Assembly: GCF_005080705.1 (NCBI RefSeq)
Contig: NZ_CP032996.1
Coordinates: 150,001-182,000 of the forward strand
From: Buchnera aphidicola (Therioaphis trifolii)
GTDB taxonomy: Bacteria; Pseudomonadota; Gammaproteobacteria; Enterobacterales; Enterobacteriaceae
DNA: 32,000 nt
Reading direction: 5' to 3'
Below are positions 1-10,264 of the stretch, piece by piece. Made by a program: the position numbers and the translations under genes. The notes below the pieces were generated by a model. That model ran no database searches and had not been told where the DNA came from. It saw nothing but the letters and a program-made list of their open reading frames with translations. Each line of letters opens with the position of its first letter. Positions within the stretch are counted from its first letter, which is position 1.

Positions 1-244
1 TTAATATTTTTTTTCCAATAATTTTACAAAAATGATTCCAACATTTCCAAACAATATTTTTTTTAATATTTTTTGGTAATTGGAATGCAAATTTTCCTGT
101 ATTATTTAAATTAAAAGTATTATTTGATTTAATAGTAACAGTATCACCTAATAATTTTCCATTTTTTGGTGAAATTGCTGCACCTAATAAATCAAAACCA
201 ACATTAATATTACCAATAGAAGCAGGTGCATAAATTTTTATCAT
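1..244 (-). CDS. thrB: Homoserine kinase, N-terminal part (gene runs off the left window edge)
   Basis: The minus-strand ATG is the complement of 242-244. Translation gives [52 protein letters not shown]..., collinear with E. coli ThrB ([24 protein letters not shown]...). An AGGAAA Shine-Dalgarno lies just upstream, and the gene sits 17 bp downstream of the thrA stop, as in the thrABC operon. Confidence 0.9.
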   Translation of the reverse strand, partial: MIKIYAPASIGNINVGFDLLGAAISPKNGKLLGDTVTIKSNNTFNLNNTGKFAFQLPKNIKKNIVWKCWNHFCKIIGKKIL

Positions 245-261
245 ATTTAATTTCCTAATTA

Positions 262-2709
262 TTATGGTAATAATTGTAATAAATCAGAAAAAATTCCAGC
301 TGCTGTAACATTATTTCCTGCACCATATCCTTTTAATACCAATGGTATTGGTTGATAATATTTACTATATATTATTAATGCATTTTCACCATTTTTAACA
401 TTATATAAAGGATTTTTTTTATCAACTTCTGTTAATTCTACTTTACATAATCCTCCTTTTTTTATTGTTCCAATAAATCTTAATACTTTTTTATATTTTT
501 TTGCTAATTTTATTTTGTTGTAAAAATATTCATTTAATTTTGATAATTCAGATATAAAAGTGTTTTTATCTTTTATTTTTAACATATATTTTGGTAATAT
601 TGGTATAATTTTAATATCTTCTAATTCTAATTTATATCCTGATTCTCTAGCTAATATAAGTAGTTTTCTTGCGACATCTAATCCAGATAGATCATCTTTT
701 GGATTTGGTTCTGTAAATCCTAATTTTTTTGCCATAATAGTAGCTTCTGAAATAGATAATCCTTCTTCTAATTTTCCAAAAATAAATGATAAAGATCCAG
801 ATAATATACCTTCAAAACTAATTAATTCATCTCCTGAATCAAATAAATTTTTTAATGTTTTTATAATTGGTAATCCAGCACTAACATTAGTTTCATAAAA
901 AAATTTTTTATTTTTTTTTATTGCAATATTTCTAATGTTTGCATATTCTTTCCAAGTATTTGTATTAGCTTTTTTATTTGGAGTTACAATATTTATATTA
1001 TTTTTTAAAATATCATAATAAAAATTAGCTATTTCTTGACTTGCAGTACAATCTATAATTACGGGATTAAATAAAGAAATATTTTTTGCATATTTAATAA
1101 TTTTTTTTATACAAAATTTTTTATGAGTAGTATGAAATTGTTCTTTCCAAGTGATTAGATTAATACCATCTAAATTAATTAACATTTTTTTTGAATTTGA
1201 TATACTACAAATTTTAAATATTATATTTTTATTTTTTAATATTTGACTTTGTTTTTGAATTTGTTTTAATAATGCTTTTGCTACTCCTCCAATTCCAATT
1301 AAAAAAATTTCAATAATATTTATTTTATAAAATAATTTATTATGAATAATTTTAATATTTTCATGAATATTATTATTATTTGTTATTATTATAAAAGAAT
1401 TTTTTGAAAATGTAGTATTTGTAGAAATAATATTTAAATTTGTATTTTTTAATGATAAAAAAATTTTTTTTTGAACATTAATATTATTATTAATATTGTT
1501 ACCAACAATATTTATTAATTTTAATGTTTGATCAATATTAATTATATTAATAATATCATATATTAATTCTTTTTGTAGTTTTTTTTTTAAAATATTTTTA
1601 ATTTGATCTTTATATTTTTGTATTATATAAAAATAAATTTTATTTTCTAAATAAGATGTTACATGAAATAATATTTGAATATCAAAATTTAAAAATATTG
1701 AAAATATTTTTTCAATTATAAAATTTATATTTTTAAATATATTAATTTTAATAACAATATTTACAATATTATTTAAATATGTAATACCTTTAATATTTGT
1801 AGATTGTTCTTCAAAAATATTTTGAATAATAGTTCCTGTTTTTTCTGGAAAATATGTGTTTTTAATTATACATTTTATATTTGATTTAAATAACGGAAGT
1901 ATGGTTTTTGGATGTAAAATTTTGGCTCCAAATGATGATAGTTCTATAGCTTCTTGATATGAAATTGATTTTAATAATTTTGCAGTAGGAATAATTTTAG
2001 GATCTGATGTATAAATTCCATCAACATCTGTCCAAATTTCACATACTTTTGCATTTAAACAAACTGCTAAAATTGCTGCAGAATAATCAGATCCATTTCT
2101 ACCTAGAGTTACTAATTCATGATTTTTATTTCCAGCAATAAATCCAGGCATCAAAATAATATGTTTATTTGGTATTTTTATTTTTTGAATATTTTTTTTT
2201 GTTTTAGAAATATTTACATCTGATTCAAAATAATCATTATTAGTAACAATATTTTTTATTGGATCAATATAAAATGTTAAATAATTTTTAGAAATTAATA
2301 ATTGTTGCATAATTTTAATAGAAATTATTTCACCTTTTGAAATAATTTCTGAAAATAATTTTTTTGAATTATCATTTAATAATTTTATTTTTTTAATTTT
2401 ATTTTTTAAATCATCAAATGTATTTGTAATATATTTATTAATATTATTATTAGGAAAATTATTTTGTTGTTTATTTATTCCATTACTTAATTCATAAAAA
2501 ATTGTTTCTATTTTTTGAAATATATTTTTTGAGTTTTTATTAAATGTTATATTTTTATTAATTTGTTCTAAATAATTAGTTATTTTTGCAGGTGCAGATA
2601 AAACAATAGCAATATTATCATTTTTAAATTTTTTTTCAATGATTTTTGATACTTCTAAAAATTTTTTAGAATTAGATAATGATGTTCCTCCAAATTTAAG
2701 TATTCTCAT
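262..2709 (-). CDS. thrA: Bifunctional aspartokinase I / homoserine dehydrogenase I
   Basis: An 815-aa ORF beginning [13 protein letters not shown] (aspartokinase N-terminus). It has internal ACT-like regions, an HSDH Rossmann motif ([11 protein letters not shown]) and a C-terminal GYGAG. The length is close to E. coli ThrA (820 aa), and thrB follows directly. Confidence 0.95.
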   Translation of the reverse strand: MRILKFGGTSLSNSKKFLEVSKIIEKKFKNDNIAIVLSAPAKITNYLEQINKNITFNKNSKNIFQKIETIFYELSNGINKQQNNFPNNNINKYITNTFDDLKNKIKKIKLLNDNSKKLFSEIISKGEIISIKIMQQLLISKNYLTFYIDPIKNIVTNNDYFESDVNISKTKKNIQKIKIPNKHIILMPGFIAGNKNHELVTLGRNGSDYSAAILAVCLNAKVCEIWTDVDGIYTSDPKIIPTAKLLKSISYQEAIELSSFGAKILHPKTILPLFKSNIKCIIKNTYFPEKTGTIIQNIFEEQSTNIKGITYLNNIVNIVIKINIFKNINFIIEKIFSIFLNFDIQILFHVTSYLENKIYFYIIQKYKDQIKNILKKKLQKELIYDIINIINIDQTLKLINIVGNNINNNINVQKKIFLSLKNTNLNIISTNTTFSKNSFIIITNNNNIHENIKIIHNKLFYKINIIEIFLIGIGGVAKALLKQIQKQSQILKNKNIIFKICSISNSKKMLINLDGINLITWKEQFHTTHKKFCIKKIIKYAKNISLFNPVIIDCTASQEIANFYYDILKNNINIVTPNKKANTNTWKEYANIRNIAIKKNKKFFYETNVSAGLPIIKTLKNLFDSGDELISFEGILSGSLSFIFGKLEEGLSISEATIMAKKLGFTEPNPKDDLSGLDVARKLLILARESGYKLELEDIKIIPILPKYMLKIKDKNTFISELSKLNEYFYNKIKLAKKYKKVLRFIGTIKKGGLCKVELTEVDKKNPLYNVKNGENALIIYSKYYQPIPLVLKGYGAGNNVTAAGIFSDLLQLLP

Positions 2710-2909
2710 TGAATTTATATTTTCCTTATTTTAAAATTTATATTTTTTATTATATTAATATTTTTTTATTATTAAAATTAAATAATTAATTTTTTTATTA
2801 CATAATTTATATTATATAATTTTAATATTGATTTTAAATATTAAAAATAATTTTTTATTTTTATGATATAAATTATATTATATTTATTTTTTGTTAATAA
2901 AGGTTATTT

Positions 2910-3689
2910 ATGATCAAAGTTATAAAATTTGCTTTAGGATTAGAATATGATGGTAGTTATTATCATGGATGGCAAAGTCAAAAATCAGGTTTTTTAAATG
3001 TACAAACAGAAGTTGAAAAAGCAATTTCTATAGTTGCAAATCATAATGTATCTATTTTTTGTGCTGGTAGAACAGATTCTAAAGTACATAGTTTTGGTCA
3101 AGTAATTCATTTTGAAACTACTGCAATTCGTAAAAATTTTTCTTGGATTTTTGGAATAAATAATTATTTACCTAAAAATATTTCTGTTAAATGGATTAAA
3201 AATGTTCCAAGTATATTTCATGCAAGATATAGTGCAGTATCTCGTTCTTATAGATATATTATTTATAATTCAAAATTTCGATCTGCATTATTTAATAATC
3301 GTGTTAATTATATTAGTAAAAAATTAAATATAAAAGAAATGTATAAAGCTAGTCAATGTATTATTGGAGAATATGATTTTACTTCTTTTAGATCTAATTA
3401 TTGTCAATCTAATTCTCCATATAGAAAAATTATTAATATTAATATATTTAAATTAAAAAAATTTATTTTTATTGATATAGAGGCTGATTCTTTTTTACAA
3501 TATATGGTAAGAAATATTATTGGTTGTTTAATTGATATTGGTAAGATGAAAAAAAATTTTAAATGGATAATATATGTTTTAAAAAAAAAAAATCGTTCTT
3601 TTTGTTCTTCTACTGCTAATCCTTATGGATTATATCTTTTATCAATTAAATATCCTAATTGTTTTAAAATTCCTGTATATAATTTTTAA
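2910..3689 (+). CDS. truA: tRNA pseudouridine(38-40) synthase
   Basis: A 259-aa ORF. The stretch KFALGLEYDGSYYHGWQSQ...FCAGRTDSKVH...FHARYSAVSRSYRYIIYN matches conserved TruA blocks, including the catalytic Asp in GRTD. An AAGG Shine-Dalgarno lies 7 nt upstream. Confidence 0.92.
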   Translation: MIKVIKFALGLEYDGSYYHGWQSQKSGFLNVQTEVEKAISIVANHNVSIFCAGRTDSKVHSFGQVIHFETTAIRKNFSWIFGINNYLPKNISVKWIKNVPSIFHARYSAVSRSYRYIIYNSKFRSALFNNRVNYISKKLNIKEMYKASQCIIGEYDFTSFRSNYCQSNSPYRKIININIFKLKKFIFIDIEADSFLQYMVRNIIGCLIDIGKMKKNFKWIIYVLKKKNRSFCSSTANPYGLYLLSIKYPNCFKIPVYNF

Positions 3690-3857
3690 AATTATTATAA
3701 AATACAATATTATTAAAAATAAATAATAAATCATTTTATTTTAATTGTATTTTTATATTTTATTTTATAATATAATTAATTATAAATTTTAATTTTTTAT
3801 TTATAATATATTTTTATAATAAATTATATATTAATAAAATTATATGAGATTAATAAT

Positions 3858-6325
3858 ATGTTCTTAAAAATAATAAAAAAATTGTTTAATAAAAAAAATA
3901 ATTATATATCAAAAGAAATCAAAAACATTGTATATAATATTAATAATTTAGAAAATTATTTTAGTAAATTAACAAATGATCAATTAAAAAAAAAACTCAA
4001 TTTTTTAGAAATTGTATAAAAAATGGAAAATCATTAGATGAATTATTACCTGAAGCTTTTTCAACAGTAAGAGAAGTTAGTAAAAGAATTTTTAATATGA
4101 GACATTTTGATGTTCAATTAATGGGAGGAGTGATTTTACATCAAAATTGTATTGCTGAAATGTGTACTGGTGAAGGAAAAACTTTAACTTCAACTTTACC
4201 TGCATATTTAAATGCTTTAAGTGGAAATGGAGTTCATATAGTAACAATGAATGAATATTTAGCACAACGTGATGCTAAAAAAAATAAACCATTATTTGAA
4301 TTTTTAGGATTAAAAGTTGGTATTAATTTATCAGGTATGTCTATAATAGAAAAACAAAAGGCGTATCATTCTGATATTGTTTATGGTACAAATCATGAAT
4401 TTTGTTTTGATTATCTTCGTGATAATATGGTATTTTCTTCTAAAAAAAAAGTTCAAAAAACTTTACATTATGTATTAATTGATGAAGTAGATTCAATATT
4501 AATTGATGAAGCACGTACTCCATTAATTATTTCTGGGTCTTCAAAAGAAAATATTGAAGTATATAATATTTTTAATAAAATGGTTCCTTATTTTGTTAAA
4601 CAAAAAACACAAAAAATAAATTATTCATCTAAAGATGGTGATTTTTTTATTGATGAGAAAAATAAACAAGTTTTTTTAACTGAAAATGGTTTAAAAAAAT
4701 TTGAATTTTTATTATTAAAATTTAATTTTATTAATAAAGATCAATCTTTATATTCAACTCAAAATTTTATTTTTATTCAATATATTATTGCTGCTTTACG
4801 TGCTCATTTTATTTTTAATCGTGATATTGATTATATAATAAAAGATAATAAAATTATTATTATTGATGAACATACTGGACGAATGATGTTAGATCGAAGA
4901 TGGTCAGATGGTTTACATCAAGCAATAGAAGCAAAAGAACATGTAAATATTTTAGATGAAAGTCAAACATTAGCATCAATTACTTTACAAAATTATTTTA
5001 AAATGTATAAAAAAATTTCTGGTATGACAGGAACTGCGCAAACTGAATCTTTTGAATTTCAAGTAATCTATGGTTTAAAAACAATAGTTGTACCTACAAA
5101 TAATCCGATGATTCGTAAAGATTTACCTGATTTAATATATATGACTGAAAAAGAAAAAATAAATGCTATTATTGAAGATATTAAAAATTGTTTTTTAAAA
5201 AAACAACCTGTATTAGTTGGTACAACTTCAATAAAAAAATCTGAAATAATTTCTAAAAAATTATTTAATTTAGGTATTAAACATAATATTTTAAATGCTA
5301 AATCATATAAAAAAGAAGCATCTATTATTTCACAAGCTGGAAAATTAAAAGCTGTAACAATTTCTACTAATATGGCTGGAAGAGGTACAGATATTATATT
5401 AGGCGGTGTAATTAATGAAAAAATAAATAAATATAAATTAAATGATATAAAAAAAAAATGGCAGAAAGAACATAATGAAGTTATTTTATTAGGAGGCTTA
5501 CATGTTATTGGAACTGAAAGACATGAATCTCGTCGTATTGATAATCAATTAAGAGGACGAACAGGACGACAAGGAGATCCTGGTTCTTCTAGATTTTATT
5601 TATCGTTAGAAGATTCATTAATACGTATTTTTATTTCAGAAAATATAAAAAAAATTATTTTAAATTTTAATTTAAAATTTGGAGAACCAATAGAACATCA
5701 TTGGATCACAAGTGCAATATCATTTGCTCAAAAAAAAGTAGAAAATTATCATTTTGAAATTCGTAAACAATTAATTGAATATGATGATATTTTAAATACA
5801 CAAAGAAATATTTTTTACCTTATACGAAATAATATTTTAAAAATTAAAAATATTAAATATTTTATAAAAAAAAATTTAATTGATATAATTAAAAATATTT
5901 TAGATAATTATAATAATTATCATAATGATATTATAAATTTAGAAAATATTTTTAAAAATGATTTTAATTTAATATTTTCATTTAAAAAATTATTAAAAAA
6001 TAATTTATTAATTTCTAAAAAATTAATTTTAAATAAAATATATAAAAAAATACAATATAATTATAAAAAAATAGAAAAAAAAATTGGATATGATAATATT
6101 AGAAAAATTGAAAAAAAAATTATATTAAATATTTTAGATTTTTTTTGGAAAGAACATTTATTATTTATGGAATATTTACGTCAAGGAATACATTTTAGAG
6201 GATATTCGCAAAAAGATCCTAAACAAGAATATATTAAAGAATCATTTTTTATATTTTCAAATATGTTAAATATATTAAAATATGAAATTAGTTCAAATAT
6301 AATAAAGAAAATATTTTATTTATGA
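3858..6325 (+). CDS. secA: Preprotein translocase ATPase SecA, interrupted by a 1-nt frameshift in an A10 tract (slippage-rescued gene, sequencing error or pseudogene); the C-terminal tail is also missing
   Basis: Frame A (3858-4019) encodes MFLKIIKKLFNKKNNYISKEIKNIVYNINNLENYFSKLTNDQLKKK, collinear with E. coli SecA residues 1-46, and then stops at 4017-4019. The frame of the long ORF, read from 3995, gives TQFFRNCIKNGKSLDELLPEAFSTVREVSKRIFNMRHFDVQL..., collinear with SecA residue 47 onward. Walker A (MCTGEGKT), the DEVD motif and RGRTGRQGDPGSS are all present. The ORF-track entry 4097..6325 is only the part after an internal Met. Confidence 0.9.
3986..3995 (+). repeat. A10 homopolymer at the secA frameshift site
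   Basis: Direct count gives ten consecutive A at 3986-3995. The upstream frame and the downstream frame differ by one missing A exactly here. Confidence 0.95.
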
Positions 6326-6396
6326 TTTTTATTTAATTTTTATTTTTGTATAAATTATTAAATATATAAAATTATCATATTATTTGGAATATAATT

Positions 6397-7449
6397 ATGC
6401 GTATTGAAGAAGATATTAAATTAGGTTTTAAAGATGTTTTAATTGTACCTAAAAGATCTGCATTAAAAAGTCGTTCAGAAGTCAATTTATTTAGAAATAT
6501 AAATTTTAAATACTCTAAATTTAATTATTTAGGAGTTCCTATTATTGCTTCAAATATGGATACTGTAGGTACATTTAGTATGGCAGTTAAATTATCAAAA
6601 TTTAATATTTTAACAGCTATACATAAATATTATAGTATTCAAAATTGGAAAAATTTTATTTTTAATACATCTAAATATGTTTTTGATTATATTATGGTTT
6701 CTACAGGAATTTCAGATCAAGATTATATTAAATTAAAAATAATACTTTCATTATCATCTTTACTAAAATATATTTGTATTGATGTAGCAAATGGATATTC
6801 TGAATGTTTTTTAGATTTTGTAAAAAAAGTAAGAACAGATTTTCCAGAAAAAATAATTTGTGCTGGAAATGTAGTAACAGGAGAAATGGTAGAAGCATTA
6901 ATTCTTTCTGGAGCAGATATTGTTAAAATTGGTATTGGACCAGGTTCAGTATGTACTACTCGATCCAAAACAGGAATTGGTTATCCTCAATTATCTGCAG
7001 TTATTGAATGTGCAGATGCTGCACATGGATTACATGGTCGAATTATTAGTGATGGTGGTTGTACTAATTCTGGAGATATAGCTAAAGCATTTGGCGCAGC
7101 TGCTGATTTTGTTATGTTGGGTGGAATTTTTGCAGGTCATAATGAATGTGAAGGTAATATCATAGAAGAAAATGATAAAAAATTTATGATTTTTTATGGA
7201 ATGAGTTCAAAAAATGCTATGAAATTACATATGGGTAAAGTTGAAGTTTATAGAACTGATGAAGGTAAATCAGTAAAATTATTATTAAAAGGATCAGTAA
7301 ACAAAACAGTGCTTGATATATTAGGAGGTTTACGATCATCTTGTACTTATGTGGGTGCAAAAAAAATACAAGAATTAACTAAACGTACTACATTTATTCG
7401 TGTTTTAGAACAAGAGAATAAAATTTTCAATAATAATCAATTATTTTAA
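6397..7449 (+). CDS. guaC: GMP reductase
   Basis: A 350-aa ORF beginning [29 protein letters not shown]...[13 protein letters not shown], near-identical in pattern to the E. coli GuaC N-terminus. It has the IMPDH/GMPR-family GPGSVCTTR active-site loop. Confidence 0.95.
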   Translation: MRIEEDIKLGFKDVLIVPKRSALKSRSEVNLFRNINFKYSKFNYLGVPIIASNMDTVGTFSMAVKLSKFNILTAIHKYYSIQNWKNFIFNTSKYVFDYIMVSTGISDQDYIKLKIILSLSSLLKYICIDVANGYSECFLDFVKKVRTDFPEKIICAGNVVTGEMVEALILSGADIVKIGIGPGSVCTTRSKTGIGYPQLSAVIECADAAHGLHGRIISDGGCTNSGDIAKAFGAAADFVMLGGIFAGHNECEGNIIEENDKKFMIFYGMSSKNAMKLHMGKVEVYRTDEGKSVKLLLKGSVNKTVLDILGGLRSSCTYVGAKKIQELTKRTTFIRVLEQENKIFNNNQLF

Positions 7450-7587
7450 TATGTTACTTGACATGATTATTATATGAAATACTATATGTATAGAAGCTTT
7501 TAATTTTTTATTTTTTGTATTATTATAAAATTATTATTCATATAATCAATTTAACATTAATTTAAAATAAATAAAGGAATATTAAGA

Positions 7588-10251
7588 ATGTCTAATTATT
7601 CTCAGTATGATATTGATCCTATTGAAACAATTGAATGGATAGATTCTATCGAATCAATTATTTTAAGGGAAGGAGAAGATCGTGCTAAATTTATAATACA
7701 AAAATTAATAGAAAAAATGAAAAAACATAATATAAATTATATTATCGATAATTTTGTAACAGATTATATTAATACCATACCAGTTGATCAAGAATTTAAA
7801 TATCCTGGAGATTTAGATATTGAAAAAAAAATACGATCAGCTATAAGATGGAATGCTATAGTTATGGTATTACGTGCTTCAAATAAAAATTTAGAACTTG
7901 GGGGACATTTATCTTCTTTTCAATCCTCTGCTACTATTTATGAAGTTTGTTTTAATCATTTTTTTAAAGCTGCAAATAAAAATTTTGATGGTGATTTAAT
8001 ATATTTTCAAGGACATATTTCACCTGGAATTTATTCTAGAGCTTTTTTGGAAGGTAGATTAACTGAAGAACAAATGAATAATTTTCGTCAAGAAATTTCA
8101 GGTAATGGTTTATCTTCTTATCCTCATCCAAAACTTATGCCTAATTTTTGGCAATTTCCAACTGTTTCTATGGGTTTAAGTCCAATTAGTTCTATTTATC
8201 AAGCTAAATTTTTAAAATATCTTGAGAATAGAAATTTAAAAGATACTAAAAATAGAACAGTATATGCTTTCTTAGGTGATGGAGAAATGGATGAACCTGA
8301 ATCTAAGGGTGCAATTAATATTGCTTCTAGAGAAAAATTAAATAATTTAATTTATGTAATAAATTGTAATTTACAAAGATTAGATGGTCCAGTTATAGGT
8401 AATGGTAAAATTATTAATGAATTAGAAAGTTTATTTTATGGTGCAGGTTGGGAAGTAATTAAAGTTATTTGGGGTGATCGTTGGGATTCTTTATTAAAAA
8501 AAGATTGTAGTGGTAAATTAATTAAATTAATGAATGAGACTTTAGATGGAGATTATCAAAATTTTAAATCAAAAAATGGAGCATACATTAGAAAACATTT
8601 TTTTGGAAAATATCCTGAAACATTAGAATTAGTAAAAAATATGTCTGATCAAGATATTTGGTCATTAAATCGCGGTGGACATGATCCGAAAAAAATTTTT
8701 TCTGCTTTTAAAAAAGCAAAACAATCACAAGATAAACCTGTTGTAATTTTAGTACATACAATTAAAGGTTATGGAATGGGAAATATAGCAGAAGGAAAAA
8801 ATACTGCACACCAAGTTAAAAAAATGAATACAGAAGATTTAATATATTTTTGTAAACGATTCAATGTACCTATTGAAAAGAAAAATATTTCTTCTCTTCC
8901 ATATATTATATTTCCTAAAAATTCTCCTGAATATATTTATTTACATCAAAAAAGAAGTCAATTAGGTGGTTATCTTCCATCTAGAATTGAAAAATTTACT
9001 GAAAATTTAATATTACCAACGTTGCAAGATTTTAAATCATTATTTTTAGAACAAAAAAGAAAAATATCTACTACTATAGTTTTTGTTCGTATATTAAATA
9101 TATTATTAAATTTACCTATTTTAAAGGATCGAATTGTTCCAATTATTGCTGATGAAGCTCGAACATTTGGTATGGAAGGTTTATTTCGAAAAATTGGGAT
9201 TTATAATTTTAATGGACAAAAATATATTCCTCAAGATAAAAATCAATTATCATATTATAAAGAGGATAAAAATGGTCAAATATTACAAGAAGGTATTAAT
9301 GAATTAGGAGCTGCTGCATCATGGTTAGCTGCAGCTACTTCATATAGTAGTAATAATTTTCCAATGATTCCATTTTATATTTATTATTCTATGTTTGGTT
9401 TTCAAAGAATTGGAGATTTGTGTTGGGCTGCTGGTGATCAACAAGCGCGCGGTTTTTTAATTGGAGGAACATCAGGAAGAACAACTTTAAATGGAGAAGG
9501 TTTACAACATGAAGATGGTCATAGTCATATTCATTTTTTAACTGTTCCTAATTGTATTTCTTATGATCCATCATATTCTTATGAAATGGCTGTAATTATT
9601 CAAGATGGATTACAAAGAATGTATGGACCTAATCAAGAAAATATTTATTATTATATTACTACTATGAATGAAAATTATTTTATGCCTGCAATGCCTAAAA
9701 ATGTTGAAGAAGGTATAAAAAAAGGAATTTATAAGTTATATTCATTAACTAACACAAAAGGAAAAGTACAATTAATGGGTTCAGGAGCAATATTAAGAAG
9801 TGTAAGACAAGCAGCTGATATTTTATATAAAAATTATCAAATTGGTTCTGATGTTTATAGTGTCACATCTTTTACAGAATTAGCAAGAGATGGACAAGAT
9901 TGTGAGAGATGGAATATGTTAAATCCAGATAAAAAATCTAAAATTCCTTATATTACAAAAATTATGAATTCTGCTCCTGCTGTTGCTGTTACTGATTATA
10001 TGAAAATTTTTGCTGATCAAGTACGAAATTATATTCCTGCTATAAAATATCGTGTTTTAGGAACTGATGGTTTTGGACGTTCTGATAGTCGTGAAAATTT
10101 ACGTAATTATTTTGAAATAAGTTCTCATTATATTGTTATTGCTGCATTAACAGAATTATTAAATTGTAATATAATAGATAAAAAAATTATTCTTGATGCA
10201 ATATTAAAATTTAATATTGATATAAGAAAAATTAATCCACGTTTAGCATAA
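7588..10251 (+). CDS. aceE: Pyruvate dehydrogenase E1 component
   Basis: An 887-aa ORF, the same length as E. coli AceE. It has the ThDP-binding GDGEMDEPES motif, an AAGGA Shine-Dalgarno 9 nt upstream, and is followed by aceF and lpdA. Confidence 0.96.
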   Translation: MSNYSQYDIDPIETIEWIDSIESIILREGEDRAKFIIQKLIEKMKKHNINYIIDNFVTDYINTIPVDQEFKYPGDLDIEKKIRSAIRWNAIVMVLRASNKNLELGGHLSSFQSSATIYEVCFNHFFKAANKNFDGDLIYFQGHISPGIYSRAFLEGRLTEEQMNNFRQEISGNGLSSYPHPKLMPNFWQFPTVSMGLSPISSIYQAKFLKYLENRNLKDTKNRTVYAFLGDGEMDEPESKGAINIASREKLNNLIYVINCNLQRLDGPVIGNGKIINELESLFYGAGWEVIKVIWGDRWDSLLKKDCSGKLIKLMNETLDGDYQNFKSKNGAYIRKHFFGKYPETLELVKNMSDQDIWSLNRGGHDPKKIFSAFKKAKQSQDKPVVILVHTIKGYGMGNIAEGKNTAHQVKKMNTEDLIYFCKRFNVPIEKKNISSLPYIIFPKNSPEYIYLHQKRSQLGGYLPSRIEKFTENLILPTLQDFKSLFLEQKRKISTTIVFVRILNILLNLPILKDRIVPIIADEARTFGMEGLFRKIGIYNFNGQKYIPQDKNQLSYYKEDKNGQILQEGINELGAAASWLAAATSYSSNNFPMIPFYIYYSMFGFQRIGDLCWAAGDQQARGFLIGGTSGRTTLNGEGLQHEDGHSHIHFLTVPNCISYDPSYSYEMAVIIQDGLQRMYGPNQENIYYYITTMNENYFMPAMPKNVEEGIKKGIYKLYSLTNTKGKVQLMGSGAILRSVRQAADILYKNYQIGSDVYSVTSFTELARDGQDCERWNMLNPDKKSKIPYITKIMNSAPAVAVTDYMKIFADQVRNYIPAIKYRVLGTDGFGRSDSRENLRNYFEISSHYIVIAALTELLNCNIIDKKIILDAILKFNIDIRKINPRLA

Positions 10252-10264
10252 GAGGTTAAATTTA

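Noticed and set aside
560-898. A 112-aa + strand ORF inside thrA. Similar antisense ORFs lie at 6723-6968 (in guaC), 10325-10516 (in aceF) and 11545-11727 (over the lpdA start). Others lie at 18250-18519 (in ilvI), 22692-22892 (in tsf) and 31633-31827 (in proS).
   Set aside because: Each lies wholly antisense to a well-conserved gene. Each has a low-complexity Phe/Ile/Asn/Lys composition typical of the reverse frame of A/T-rich coding DNA, with no Shine-Dalgarno and no recognisable motifs. They are most simply explained as stop-poor antisense frames.
2867-2884. The 18-nt exact repeat ATATAAATTATATTATAT, shared between the thrA/truA spacer (about 2867-2884) and the erpA 3' end (about 13215-13232)
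   Set aside because: It is pure A/T sequence. At this base composition I estimate that several such 18-mer coincidences are expected by chance within 32 kb. The two copies share no flanking similarity or consistent position relative to genes.
3697-3755. A 12-bp perfect inverted repeat (ATAAAATACAAT ... ATTGTATTTTAT) with a 35-nt loop downstream of truA
   Set aside because: The stem is almost all A/T with a single G:C pair, the loop is large and there is no clear U-tract. Inverted repeats of this quality are expected many times by chance in these spacers, so I did not call it a terminator.
6323-6361. Possibility that TGA is recoded (UGA=Trp) and SecA continues past 6325
   Set aside because: Trp is encoded by TGG throughout the window. 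All other genes reach orthologue-like lengths under the standard code. Reading through the secA TGA gives only 11 non-conserved codons before a TAA.
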